Positions 35,673 through 45,068 of a DNA stretch of 63,786 nt are shown piece by piece. The notes beneath the pieces are model-generated. The model had not been told where the DNA came from, searched no databases, and was given only the letters and a program-made list of their open reading frames with translations. The position numbers and the translations under genes were made by a program. The DNA lies in NCBI GenBank assembly GCA_964346435.1, contig CAYFUV010000010.1, positions 1 to 63,786 of the forward strand, read 5' to 3'. This DNA is from an uncultured Candidatus Bathyarchaeia archaeon. Lineage in GTDB: Archaea > Thermoproteota > Bathyarchaeia > 40CM-2-53-6 > RBG-13-38-9. The stretch's first letter is position 1, and every line of letters begins with the position of its first letter.

Positions 35673-38429
35673 ATGAACACTTTGAAAGAACTATTAAAAT
35701 ACGGTCAATCCTTTTGGTTGGATTATATTAGAAGAAGTCTAATTACTAGTGGCGAACTAAGACGAATGGTAGAAGAAGATGGATTACGCGGAATTACAAG
35801 TAATCCTACGATCTTTCAAAAAGCAATTGCTGGAAGTCCAGACTATGACGAGATATTGCGCGACTCCGTGAAAGCCGATCCTCATATGGATGTTCGTAAT
35901 CTCTTTGAGAAATTATCAATTGGGGACATCCAATTAGCGGCTGATATATTAAGACCTGTCTACGAAGAATCAAAAGGTATCGATGGCTTTGTCAGCCTAG
36001 AATTGCCACCCCATCTCGCTCGTGATGCCCAAGGGAGCATTATGAAAGCTCGCCGATTGTGGACAGTGATTAAACGTCCTAATATAATGCTTAAAGTTCC
36101 AGCAACTCGAGAAGGGCTCCGAGTTATCGAGACTCTTATTGCTGAAGGTATTAATGTAAACGTAACTCTAATTTTCTCTTTATCTCATTATGAGTCAGTG
36201 GCTAATGCATACATACGAGGGTTGGAGCGCTGCAAAACGCCTCAGAAAATAGCCTCAGTAGCATCCTTCTTTTTGAGCAGAATTGATACGGCTGTTGATA
36301 AGAAATTAAAAGAGATAGGTACTCCAGAAGCTCTCGGACTTCAAGGGAAAATTGCCGTCGCAAATGCAAAGATGGCTTATAAACGCTTTAAGGAAATATT
36401 TAGGGGTAATCGATGGGATCAACTATCGAAACTCGGTGCTAGGGTTCAACGAGTTTTATGGGCAAGCACCAGTACAAAAAATCCTTCATATTCGGATTTA
36501 TTATACGTTGAAGAGATCATTGGTCCCGATACGGTCAATAGTATGCCTCCAGTGACGCTTAATTCGTTTCGAGACCACGGTCGATTGAACGCTTCATTAG
36601 AAGCAGGAGTGGAAGAGGCGGACGAATCTCTTAAACGATTGGCAAAATTGGGAGTAGAATTAAACGCCATTACTGAGAAATTGCAAGTAGATGGAGTAGA
36701 TGCTTTTTCAGAATCATTCAATGATCTAATGGCTACACTAGATAAGAAACGTCAAGCTATACTGCGGGGTCAAGAAGATATTCGGATCTTAAAACTAGGG
36801 AAATATCAAGAACAAGCAGCTAAAAGATTGGATCAACTGAAGAAAACGCACTTCATTCGAAGAATCTGGAAAAAAGACTATACTTTATGGTCCTCAAAAT
36901 CTGTACCGGAAATAACCGATCGATTAGGTTGGCTTTCCCTTCCTGAGATAATGCATGATCAACTTGATGATTTTGTATCGTTCGCTGAGGAAATACGATC
37001 TCAAGGATTTAAGCACGCAGTATTGCTTGGAATGGGAGGTTCAAGCTTGGCTCCAGAAATCTTTCAAAAAATATTTGGAAATAAAAAGGGCTATCTAGAA
37101 TTAATAGTTCTTGACAGTACCCATCCTTCTGCAATAATCGCATTGGAGAATAAAATTGATCTTCGATATACTCTCTTCATAGTATCGAGTAAATCTGGAA
37201 CAACTACAGAGACCCTTTCTTTATTTCAATATTTCTGGAAGGAAGTAGGTCAAGTTAGCTCGAATTGCGGCCATCATTTTATTGCTATTACTGATCCGGA
37301 TACACCATTAGTAAACTTGGCAAAAGAAAGAGGATTTCTTCGAGTTTTCCAGGCTAATCCTGATGTAGGTGGGCGATACTCAGCTCTTACAGCCTTTGGA
37401 TTATTGCCTGCCTCACTTATAGGAATGGATGTACATCAATTCCTTGACCGGGCCTGGATCATGTCTGAAAGTTGTGCTTTCTGTGCATCCTCCGATGAAG
37501 CATCTGGCTTAATTATTGGTGCTGCATTAGGTGAGCTTACGAAAATTGGAAGAGATAAAGTAACCTTCATGACCTCACCATCTATTAGCAGCTTTCCTGA
37601 CTGGATTGAACAGATTATCGCAGAAAGTACGGGAAAAGATGGCAAAGGAATAGTTCCAATCATATATGAGCCTTTGACTCTGCTTGAAAATTATGGAGAG
37701 GATCGATTATTCATAAACTTCTTCATCGAGAGCGATGACAATGCTGAACTTGAAAAACTAACGCAAGCTTTGGAAGCTGAAGGCCATCCAATAATCAATA
37801 TCAAATTGGCCGATAAACTGGATCTAAGTCAAGAAATTTACAGTTGGGAGTTAGCGATCGCAACAGCTGGATCAATAATCGGCATTCATCCCTTTAATCA
37901 ACCTGATGTTCAAATGGCTAAAGATCTGGCCAAAAAAATGATGAAAAAAGCAGAAGAAGAAATTGAGGATGAAGAAGATGTAGAAACAATGTCGATTGAA
38001 GATCAAGACGCGTTGGTGTGGGCTATAAAAGAATGGATTCACCAGGCTAAAAAAGGAGACTATATGGCCATACAAGCTTATCTGTCGCCCAATCCCATGA
38101 TTACAAAAGCTCTACAAAAGCTACGTCTTGAACTCCTGAACCGTCTCCAATTAGCGACTACGTTGGGCTATGGTCCACGCTTCTTACATTCTACTGGGCA
38201 GTTGCATAAAGGAGGTCCTAATAGTGGCCTCTTTATTCAATTAATTGATGAACCAGAAAAAGATCTAGATGTGCCTGAGACGGACTATACTTTTGGCACT
38301 TTAATTAAGGCTCAATCTTTGGGAGACTACAAAGTTTTGAAACAACTAGGCCGTAGAGTCCTAAGAATTAATTTGGGAAAGGATACGATGGGCGGCCTTT
38401 CATTATTGAATAAGTTGATAAAAGAATAA
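35673..38429 (+). CDS. bifunctional transaldolase / glucose-6-phosphate isomerase
   Basis: 918 aa; N-terminal transaldolase (GQSFWLDYIRR..ITSNPTIFQKAI..MLKVPAT) and a C-terminal PGI/SIS domain (LLGMGGSSLAPE..SSKSGTTTET). Confidence 0.9.
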   Translation: MNTLKELLKYGQSFWLDYIRRSLITSGELRRMVEEDGLRGITSNPTIFQKAIAGSPDYDEILRDSVKADPHMDVRNLFEKLSIGDIQLAADILRPVYEESKGIDGFVSLELPPHLARDAQGSIMKARRLWTVIKRPNIMLKVPATREGLRVIETLIAEGINVNVTLIFSLSHYESVANAYIRGLERCKTPQKIASVASFFLSRIDTAVDKKLKEIGTPEALGLQGKIAVANAKMAYKRFKEIFRGNRWDQLSKLGARVQRVLWASTSTKNPSYSDLLYVEEIIGPDTVNSMPPVTLNSFRDHGRLNASLEAGVEEADESLKRLAKLGVELNAITEKLQVDGVDAFSESFNDLMATLDKKRQAILRGQEDIRILKLGKYQEQAAKRLDQLKKTHFIRRIWKKDYTLWSSKSVPEITDRLGWLSLPEIMHDQLDDFVSFAEEIRSQGFKHAVLLGMGGSSLAPEIFQKIFGNKKGYLELIVLDSTHPSAIIALENKIDLRYTLFIVSSKSGTTTETLSLFQYFWKEVGQVSSNCGHHFIAITDPDTPLVNLAKERGFLRVFQANPDVGGRYSALTAFGLLPASLIGMDVHQFLDRAWIMSESCAFCASSDEASGLIIGAALGELTKIGRDKVTFMTSPSISSFPDWIEQIIAESTGKDGKGIVPIIYEPLTLLENYGEDRLFINFFIESDDNAELEKLTQALEAEGHPIINIKLADKLDLSQEIYSWELAIATAGSIIGIHPFNQPDVQMAKDLAKKMMKKAEEEIEDEEDVETMSIEDQDALVWAIKEWIHQAKKGDYMAIQAYLSPNPMITKALQKLRLELLNRLQLATTLGYGPRFLHSTGQLHKGGPNSGLFIQLIDEPEKDLDVPETDYTFGTLIKAQSLGDYKVLKQLGRRVLRINLGKDTMGGLSLLNKLIKE

Positions 38430-38457
38430 TTTCTTTCTAAAAAATTGAGGGAAAAAA

Positions 38458-39366
38458 ATGAAGTTAGGAATGATCGGCCTAGGAAGAATGGGATCCAATA
38501 TGACTTTGCGCCTCATAAAAGGAGGCCATAAAGTAGTGGGCTATGCTCGTACTGCAAAGACTGTTGACCGTATCGTGGAAAAGGGCGCCATAGGCGCATA
38601 TTCCTTAGAAGAATTAGTTCAAAAATTGACTTCGCCAAGAGTGATCTGGTTGATGATTCCCGCAGGAGATCCTGTGGATAAAACCATTCAGGCATTATTG
38701 TCCAAATTAGAAAAAGGAGATATAATCATTGATGGAGGAAATTCCAACTATAAGGATACAATGCGTCGTACCACTATGATTAAAGAAAAAGAAATACATT
38801 TTGTAGATGTTGGTACGAGTGGCGGGATATGGGGACTTGAGGAAGGTTACTGTTTAATGATTGGAGGCGAAAAAGAAGTTGTGGAATACCTCGGCCCTAT
38901 CTTTAGAACTTTGGCTCCTGATTCAGAAAAAGGTTGGGGGCATGTCGGACCAAATGGGGCTGGTCACTTGGTGAAGATGATACACAATGGTATAGAGTAC
39001 GGTCTAATGCAAGCCTATTCGGAGGGCTTCTCATTATTGAATCGTAAAAAGGATTTCAACTTAGATCTTCACAAAATAGCGGAGATCTGGCGTCATGGCA
39101 GTGTTATTAGATCCTGGCTTTTGGATTTGGTCGCTAGAGCTCTGGCCGAAGATTCAGAATTACGTGATATAGAGCCATTTGTAGAGGATTCTGGAGAAGG
39201 ACGTTGGACCGTTTTTGAGGCAATCGATCAAGATGTTGCGGCCCCAGTAATAACCCTATCATTATTACAGCGCTTACACTCCCGTGATAAGGAATCTTTT
39301 TCAGATAGATTATTGGCCGCTATGCGTTATCAATTCGGTGGACACCCGATCAAAAGGAAGGAGTAA
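38458..39366 (+). CDS. gnd: 6-phosphogluconate dehydrogenase (decarboxylating), short form
   Basis: 302 aa; MIGLGRMGSNM, IDGGNSNYKD, VKMIHNGIEYG. Confidence 0.9.
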   Translation: MKLGMIGLGRMGSNMTLRLIKGGHKVVGYARTAKTVDRIVEKGAIGAYSLEELVQKLTSPRVIWLMIPAGDPVDKTIQALLSKLEKGDIIIDGGNSNYKDTMRRTTMIKEKEIHFVDVGTSGGIWGLEEGYCLMIGGEKEVVEYLGPIFRTLAPDSEKGWGHVGPNGAGHLVKMIHNGIEYGLMQAYSEGFSLLNRKKDFNLDLHKIAEIWRHGSVIRSWLLDLVARALAEDSELRDIEPFVEDSGEGRWTVFEAIDQDVAAPVITLSLLQRLHSRDKESFSDRLLAAMRYQFGGHPIKRKE

Positions 39367-39368
39367 AG

Positions 39369-40820
39369 TTGGCAATAAGCAAGATTGAACCGCACATTTA
39401 TGTAATTTTTGGTGCAACAGGGAATCTTGCACGTCGAAAATTATTTCCTGCGTTATACCACCTATCCGCAAAAGGAGAATTAAAAGGAAAAAATAAAATT
39501 CTGGGTGTTGCGAGGGGGGATTTGGACGACCATAAATATCGAATTTTGGCGCGTGATATGTTGAAATCAGCTGGGTTGCCAATTGATAATAAAATATACT
39601 CTCCTTGGTGCGAATCTTGTCTAAATTATCACTCGATCGATAAAGGAGACTCAAAAGACTATGAAAAGTTAGCAGCAAGAATAGAATCAATAGAGCAAGA
39701 AAATGACATGCCAGGTAACAGAGTTTTCAATATTGCAGTCCCTCCTAGTGTATTCCCAAAAGCAGTCATGGGTCTTGGGGAAGCTGGGCTTAATAAGAGT
39801 CCTGGCTGGACACGATTGGTGGTCGAAAAGCCTTTCGGGAGCGATCTTTCCTCGGCTAAAGAGCTGAATAATCTAGTTCACAAATATTTTGAAGAGTCTC
39901 AGATCTATCGTATTGACCATTTCTTAGGAAAGGAAACAGTCCAGAATCTTTTGGTTTTCCGTTTTGCTAATGCTTTTTTTGAACATTTGTGGAGTCGTGA
40001 ACACATCGAGAGTGTGGAGATCACTGTGGCAGAGAATTTGGGAATCGAAGGGAGATCTAACTACTATGAGCAGACTGGAGCTTTGCGGGATATGGTACAA
40101 AATCATCTGACTCAAATTCTGACTATGGTGGCTATGGAGATACCAATAGCTTTTGAAGCAGAAGCTCTTCGGAACGAGAAAGTAAAAGTTCTGCGTCAGA
40201 TCGCCCCAATTCTAACTAAAAACATTATATATGGACAATATATTAAGGGAAAGATTGATGGAAAGGAAGTTGTAGGATATAGGGAAGAGTCGGGCATATC
40301 TACTAATTCAAAAATAGAAACTTTCGTGGCTCTAAAGTTGGAAGTAAATAACTGGCGTTGGAAAGGCGTCCCTTTTTATCTTCGAACAGGTAAGCGAATG
40401 CCCAAAAGACTTACTCAAATAATTATAAAATTTCATTGCGCCCCTATCTCGATCTTCAAACCCTTCGAGTCAACCTGTGCACTAGAGCCAAATGCTTTAA
40501 TCATTACACTTCAGCCCTATGAAGGATTTGATATGAAATTCCAAGTAAAATCAATAGGTCAGCCTCTTACACTTACAACTCAGCAGTTACGATTTCGTTA
40601 TTCCGAAACTTTTGGGGCACTTCCAGATGCTTATGAGACTTTGCTCTTAGATGTTATAAAAGGCGATCAAACCCTTTTTGTTAGATACGATGAAGTAGAA
40701 GCTTCTTGGCAACTTTACAATCCTGTCCTAGGAAAAAAAATTCCATTAAAAAATTATTCAGCAGGAACATGGGGGCCAACTGAAGCAGATCATTTTTTCT
40801 CTTTGGAAGAGAAACGATGA
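39369..40820 (+). CDS. zwf: glucose-6-phosphate 1-dehydrogenase
   Basis: GATGNLARRKLFPALY, EKPFG, RIDHFLGKE; TTG start 2 nt after the gnd stop. Confidence 0.95.
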   Translation: MAISKIEPHIYVIFGATGNLARRKLFPALYHLSAKGELKGKNKILGVARGDLDDHKYRILARDMLKSAGLPIDNKIYSPWCESCLNYHSIDKGDSKDYEKLAARIESIEQENDMPGNRVFNIAVPPSVFPKAVMGLGEAGLNKSPGWTRLVVEKPFGSDLSSAKELNNLVHKYFEESQIYRIDHFLGKETVQNLLVFRFANAFFEHLWSREHIESVEITVAENLGIEGRSNYYEQTGALRDMVQNHLTQILTMVAMEIPIAFEAEALRNEKVKVLRQIAPILTKNIIYGQYIKGKIDGKEVVGYREESGISTNSKIETFVALKLEVNNWRWKGVPFYLRTGKRMPKRLTQIIIKFHCAPISIFKPFESTCALEPNALIITLQPYEGFDMKFQVKSIGQPLTLTTQQLRFRYSETFGALPDAYETLLLDVIKGDQTLFVRYDEVEASWQLYNPVLGKKIPLKNYSAGTWGPTEADHFFSLEEKR

Positions 40821-41581
40821 CAGGGAAAAAAGGGTCGGAAGTATTTTTTTTCTCGAATTTAGATAGAGCAAGTAGGGCAATCGCCAAATACCTTATCCAA
40901 ATGATTTTAGAGGCTACCGTTAGAAAAAAACAATTCAATCTTGCCGTTGCAGGTGGTGATACTCCAAGGCATTTATACAGTCTTTTAGCTAGCAAATTCT
41001 CGGATCAGATACCTTGGAATCTTGTTCATATCTTCTGGAGCGACGAACGCTATGTGCCAAAAGAGAGCCGCTATAATAACTATGCAATGGTCTTGGGCGC
41101 ATTAATTTCGAAGATTCCAATCCCTAATCCAAATATTCATCGGATTATTACCGAATTAGAACCTCCTGAGAAGGCCGCTTCATCTTATGAAAAATTGTTA
41201 CGTAAATATTTTTCAGACAAGGCAGCTTATACCTTTGACCTCTTACTTTTAGGTATGGGTGAAGATGGCCATATAGCCTCACTTTTTCCTCACTCAGCTG
41301 AATTGATGGAAAAAGAACGGTGGGTGGTATCTGTTAATGCTCCTTCTGCTATTTACCCAAGGAAGAGAATTACACTTACTCTTCCTATTATCAATAAGGC
41401 TAAATCCATTTTTTTCCTTGTATCCGGAACCAAAAAGAAAGACATTGTCAATTCTATTCAGAAAGATCATAAGATCGCTAGAAAGATCTATCCTGCTGCC
41501 ATGGTAAGTTCAATTAACAAACTAATTTGGTTTGTTGTAAACGATTTGCCATTAATCGCTAATATAGAAAAACCTCAATAA
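40817..41581 (+). CDS. pgl: 6-phosphogluconolactonase
   Basis: LAVAGGDTPRHLY, LLLLGMGEDGHIASLFP; ATGA overlap with the zwf stop. Confidence 0.9.
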   Translation: MTGKKGSEVFFFSNLDRASRAIAKYLIQMILEATVRKKQFNLAVAGGDTPRHLYSLLASKFSDQIPWNLVHIFWSDERYVPKESRYNNYAMVLGALISKIPIPNPNIHRIITELEPPEKAASSYEKLLRKYFSDKAAYTFDLLLLGMGEDGHIASLFPHSAELMEKERWVVSVNAPSAIYPRKRITLTLPIINKAKSIFFLVSGTKKKDIVNSIQKDHKIARKIYPAAMVSSINKLIWFVVNDLPLIANIEKPQ

Positions 41582-41631
41582 CTCAAGAAGAGGTTTATGA
41601 AAATTAGTAATTGTTTAGAATAAGATTGACT

Positions 41632-42267
41632 CTAGGAAGTTACTGTATCCACTAATTCCTTTATTGCCTTGTCTACATCATCGCTCTTGAATATATACGA
41701 ACCAGATGCGAATATGTTCGCACCTGAATTTTTAGCGAGTCTTGCATTAATAGGATTCATACAACCATCGACTTCTATTGGAATCGCACGATCGATTTCT
41801 CTGAGTCTCTTAATCTTCTCCAATGGCTCTGGATTAAATTCTTTTTTTATGCAATAGCTACCGGGTTCGACGGTCATTATGAGCAAGCCATCGATATCCT
41901 TTAAATAATGTTCTATTATTTCAACTTTTGTTCCTGGCACCATTGCTAAATTAACTTTGGCACCCCTTCTTTTAATCTGATCTATGGCATATCCAACATT
42001 TTCTAAGATTTCAATGTGCATAGTTATTATATCGACTTTATCAGCATTTTCATCGGCCCAGTCCAAAGGATCCTTGACCATCAAGTGGGCCTCATACTCG
42101 AAATCATCAGTAATTTTAAATTTAAAATTCAGTGAAGTATTAGGAACAAAATTTCCATCCATAACATCAAGCTGAACTCTTTTGACTTTTCCTTTAACTC
42201 TTTTCAGCATGCCATCAAGTTCATTCTGTGTCTTTGCTATTATAGCAGGAACAACTAGGATTTCCAA
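41632..42267 (-). CDS. rpe: ribulose-phosphate 3-epimerase
   Basis: 211 aa; LDVMDGNFVPN, AHLMV, VDGCMNP; convergent with pgl. Confidence 0.85.
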   Translation of the reverse strand: MEILVVPAIIAKTQNELDGMLKRVKGKVKRVQLDVMDGNFVPNTSLNFKFKITDDFEYEAHLMVKDPLDWADENADKVDIITMHIEILENVGYAIDQIKRRGAKVNLAMVPGTKVEIIEHYLKDIDGLLIMTVEPGSYCIKKEFNPEPLEKIKRLREIDRAIPIEVDGCMNPINARLAKNSGANIFASGSYIFKSDDVDKAIKELVDTVTS

Positions 42268-42273
42268 TTTTAT

Positions 42274-42310
42274 TTACACTCGATTAGAGACTATATTAGA
42301 ATTACACTCG
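42274..42310. promoter_or_regulatory. two copies of TTACACTCG, starts 28 nt apart, in the spacer upstream of rpe
   Basis: 42274-42282 and 42302-42310, read directly. Confidence 0.3.
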
Positions 42311-42321
42311 TTGCATATCAA

Positions 42322-42960
42322 TTATTTATATTTTTTATAGTTTAAACAGAATTTTTCATTTCCATCTTTAAATCCTTCGTAGGCCTTCTCAATGATTTTA
42401 AAAGCCTCGCGATAGTCTTTAGCTAAAAACAAAAGCTCAACATCTTCAATATTTAGTAATTTATTCTTGAGAGGCCAATTCTTAATCCATCGTACTAAAT
42501 CGGGCCACATATCACCCAACAAAATTATCGGAGTATTGCAAATATGTTTTACCTGCAATAATTGCCAAGTGTAAAAAAGTTCCAATAATGTTCCTACCCC
42601 TCCATGAGCAACTACGACAGCATTAGATAGCTGCATGAAATTATCAAGGCGATTAGAAAAAAGGTCAAATTCTTTCTTGATATCGAGATGAGCCGCCTCT
42701 ATTTGTTCAAATGGGAGATTAATTCTAAGACCAACAGAATGTGTTTCTTTTCCTTCGCGCCCAGCGTAATGCCCCTCACTCGCTGCACTCATCAGACCGG
42801 GTCCGCCGCCAGTTACTAAATCCATTCCGGCCTCCGCGATCACTTTTGCTAAATCATATATTGTCTTATAGATCGGATCGCCATTTTTTATTCTTGCAGA
42901 GCCAAAAATTGCGACACGAAAATGTTTCTTGCTGAGTTCCTCTTCAAGTCCAGTTTTCAT
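42322..42960 (-). CDS. LOG family protein (TIGR00730, lysine-decarboxylase-like nucleotide phosphoribohydrolase)
   Basis: GGGPGLM and GGVGTLLELF (PGGxGTxxE-type) motifs. Confidence 0.85.
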   Translation of the reverse strand: MKTGLEEELSKKHFRVAIFGSARIKNGDPIYKTIYDLAKVIAEAGMDLVTGGGPGLMSAASEGHYAGREGKETHSVGLRINLPFEQIEAAHLDIKKEFDLFSNRLDNFMQLSNAVVVAHGGVGTLLELFYTWQLLQVKHICNTPIILLGDMWPDLVRWIKNWPLKNKLLNIEDVELLFLAKDYREAFKIIEKAYEGFKDGNEKFCLNYKKYK

Positions 42961-43207
42961 CTATTAACAACTCTCTTTCATCGCTCAAATTATGGAATTC
43001 GAACGATAAAAAAATATTTTTGAGGATGATAACTGAGCGCTAGTAAGGATTTTTTCATAAAGATAGAATGCTTGAAAAATAATTAGGTTATGTCGCATTT
43101 GTGGGTCAGATCTATCGTCAAAGAAGCCGTCCAAGAAAAGCTCTCTCCACCATGACCTTCGAGCCTAATATATAATGTCATGGGAAAAGGGTTCCGGATA
43201 ATATTTG

Positions 43208-43286
43208 TGGCGGACCCGCAGGGATTCGAACCCCGGATCTCTGGCTCCGGAGGCCAGCGTCATAATCCAGACTAGACCACGGGTCC
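43208..43286 (-). tRNA. tRNA-Arg(CCG), intron-less, encoded CCA
   Basis: The reverse complement reads GGACCCG..CTGGC-CTCCGGA-GCCAG-AGATC-CGGGG-TTCGAAT-CCCTG-CGGGTCC-G-CCA, a canonical 76 nt plus CCA. Confidence 0.9.
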
Positions 43287-43355
43287 TTAAATAAACACCA
43301 TTTCCTCTAGCATGCTCCTTATAGGAATTTGAACTATGATAACGAAAACTCAATT

Positions 43356-44957
43356 TTACTTATGTTTAGACAAAGACTCCTCTAGAGATTTAATTACGCT
43401 ATCTTTCCCCATAGCCTTGATATATGAACCTAGTTTGGGCCCCTGTGGAAATCCAAGAAGGATAAGATAAAGCGTTCTGAAAAATTTTTTAGAAGATAGA
43501 TTATATTTCCTTGCAATATCAAAGATTTTATTCTGTATTTTTTCTTCATCAGTTTCAACCTGCATTACTTGTATCAAATCCTTAAGCGCGTCTTTTTCTG
43601 CTTTACTAAGCGAAATTTTGACTTTTTCTAATTGTTTAAAATCTCTTGACCATTTTATTGCATATGCGATTTTTTCTTTTAATTTTCTAGGAGCTAAATT
43701 CTCGATATATCCGTAAGCCCTCAATTTATCTTGAATAAAATTCTCTTTTTCTTTTTCGGGAGCTACATTCGCTAAATATACTAGTAGATTGTAGGGTATG
43801 TGAACACTCGGTTGTTTCGGAGTTTTTAGCAACCAACTATAAAGATATAATCCCTTGAGCTTAGCTAATTCCTTACCATCCTTTATCTCTTTTTTTTCAA
43901 AGAATATATCTTCGAGTCTATCGAGTTCATCCATATGTTTCGGGATCTCTTGAAAAGAAATTATCCTCGTACCAACAATTCTTTTAAACATTAGTAACAA
44001 TAACGATTGTGGAGAGCCATAATCCAACCATACTTGAGGCGTAAATACATTTCCTTTGGATTTGGAAATCTTTTTCCCTCCTTTATCAAGAAACATTTCG
44101 TATCTTACATGCAATGGGGGAAAATAATTCAAAACCTCTTCACATATTCTATCGTTGACTCTGACAGAATCAGCTATGTCCTTACCATAAGCTTCAAAAT
44201 TTATTTTTAAAGCGCTCCACCTTGCAGCAAACTCAACTTTCCAGCTCAGTTTTCCCTCACCCTTTCTATAGTCTACTTCTCCTTTGTGCTTACATCCCTC
44301 TATCTGTCTGTTGTGGAGTTTCATCCCTTCGCAGGAGTATAATATCTTGTGCTCATCTGGGAGAAATTCTTGAGCCATGGTAGTATATATCCTGCCACAT
44401 TTTTCGCAAACCGGAAAGTATGGCAAGACTTCCACATACTTTTCCTGTCCTAATTCCTCGCGTATAATGTCCCCCGTCTTATTAGCATTCAATAGAATGG
44501 TCTCAATTTGTTTATTGAACAGTCCTGCACGATATGCCTTTGTCGCCGAGTAGAATTTGTATTCGATTCCGCTTCGATCCATAGCGTCGACTAATAGAGC
44601 GCTCATATGGTCGCCATAACTTTCATGACATTTGAAAGGATCTGGAATTGATGTAACTGGAAATCCAAGATACTTTTTCAAAGAATCTGGTAGGCCTGTT
44701 GGAACTTTCCTTAGACCATCCTTATCGTCCGAGAATGCTATGTATTCTGACTTAGCCCCCAATTCCTCAAGAGCGAGTTTTAAGCCGTATGATCTAGCAC
44801 AATCACTAAAACTTCCAACATGAGGGAATCCAGAAGCGCCAAGTCCACTCTCGGTTCTTAAAACTTCGCTTTTTCTACCTATTTTTTTCTCTCTTTCGAT
44901 CAATTCATAGGCAATTTTATCTAACCAGGTGCCATGCCCTATGATTTCAGCTTCCAT
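43356..44957 (-). CDS. lysK: lysine--tRNA ligase, class I
   Basis: 533 aa; GFPHVGSF (HIGH-type) and KISKSKG (KMSKS) motifs. N-terminal WLDKIA and the zinc-knuckle region CEKCGR...CEG are typical of LysK. Confidence 0.9.
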   Translation of the reverse strand: MEAEIIGHGTWLDKIAYELIEREKKIGRKSEVLRTESGLGASGFPHVGSFSDCARSYGLKLALEELGAKSEYIAFSDDKDGLRKVPTGLPDSLKKYLGFPVTSIPDPFKCHESYGDHMSALLVDAMDRSGIEYKFYSATKAYRAGLFNKQIETILLNANKTGDIIREELGQEKYVEVLPYFPVCEKCGRIYTTMAQEFLPDEHKILYSCEGMKLHNRQIEGCKHKGEVDYRKGEGKLSWKVEFAARWSALKINFEAYGKDIADSVRVNDRICEEVLNYFPPLHVRYEMFLDKGGKKISKSKGNVFTPQVWLDYGSPQSLLLLMFKRIVGTRIISFQEIPKHMDELDRLEDIFFEKKEIKDGKELAKLKGLYLYSWLLKTPKQPSVHIPYNLLVYLANVAPEKEKENFIQDKLRAYGYIENLAPRKLKEKIAYAIKWSRDFKQLEKVKISLSKAEKDALKDLIQVMQVETDEEKIQNKIFDIARKYNLSSKKFFRTLYLILLGFPQGPKLGSYIKAMGKDSVIKSLEESLSKHK

Positions 44958-44987
44958 TTTTCAATCCATCGTGATAGTGCTAAAAAT

Positions 44988-45001
44988 ACCAATATATTGG
45001 T
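44988..45001. promoter_or_regulatory. perfect 14-bp palindrome ACCAATATATTGGT (TATA-like core) upstream of lysK
   Basis: Read directly; 31-44 nt upstream of the lysK ATG (44957, minus strand). Confidence 0.35.
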
Positions 45002-45068
45002 TATTCAATTTTTCCACAAGAATAATAGGCCTTAAAAATCATTCATTCCAACGAATCTTAATTGCTCG

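Noticed and set aside
43021-43045. GGATGATAACTGAGCGC in the LOG / tRNA-Arg spacer; considered as a C/D sRNA or other ncRNA
   Set aside because: The C-like and D-like words are only 3 nt apart, which leaves no guide region. The C box is imperfect (ATGATAA).
42961-43207. tRNA-Arg next to the PPP block as an att site for a genomic island
   Set aside because: I found no duplicated tRNA fragment at the other end of the block (about 31.7 kb), and no integrase or recombinase. The island hypothesis rests only on gene content and is covered in the PPP finding.
43165-43353. 62-aa ORF on the minus strand
   Set aside because: It overlaps tRNA-Arg(CCG) at 43208-43286 and its translation is read through the tRNA. 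The 60-aa ORF at 6794-6976 likewise overlaps tRNA-Thr.
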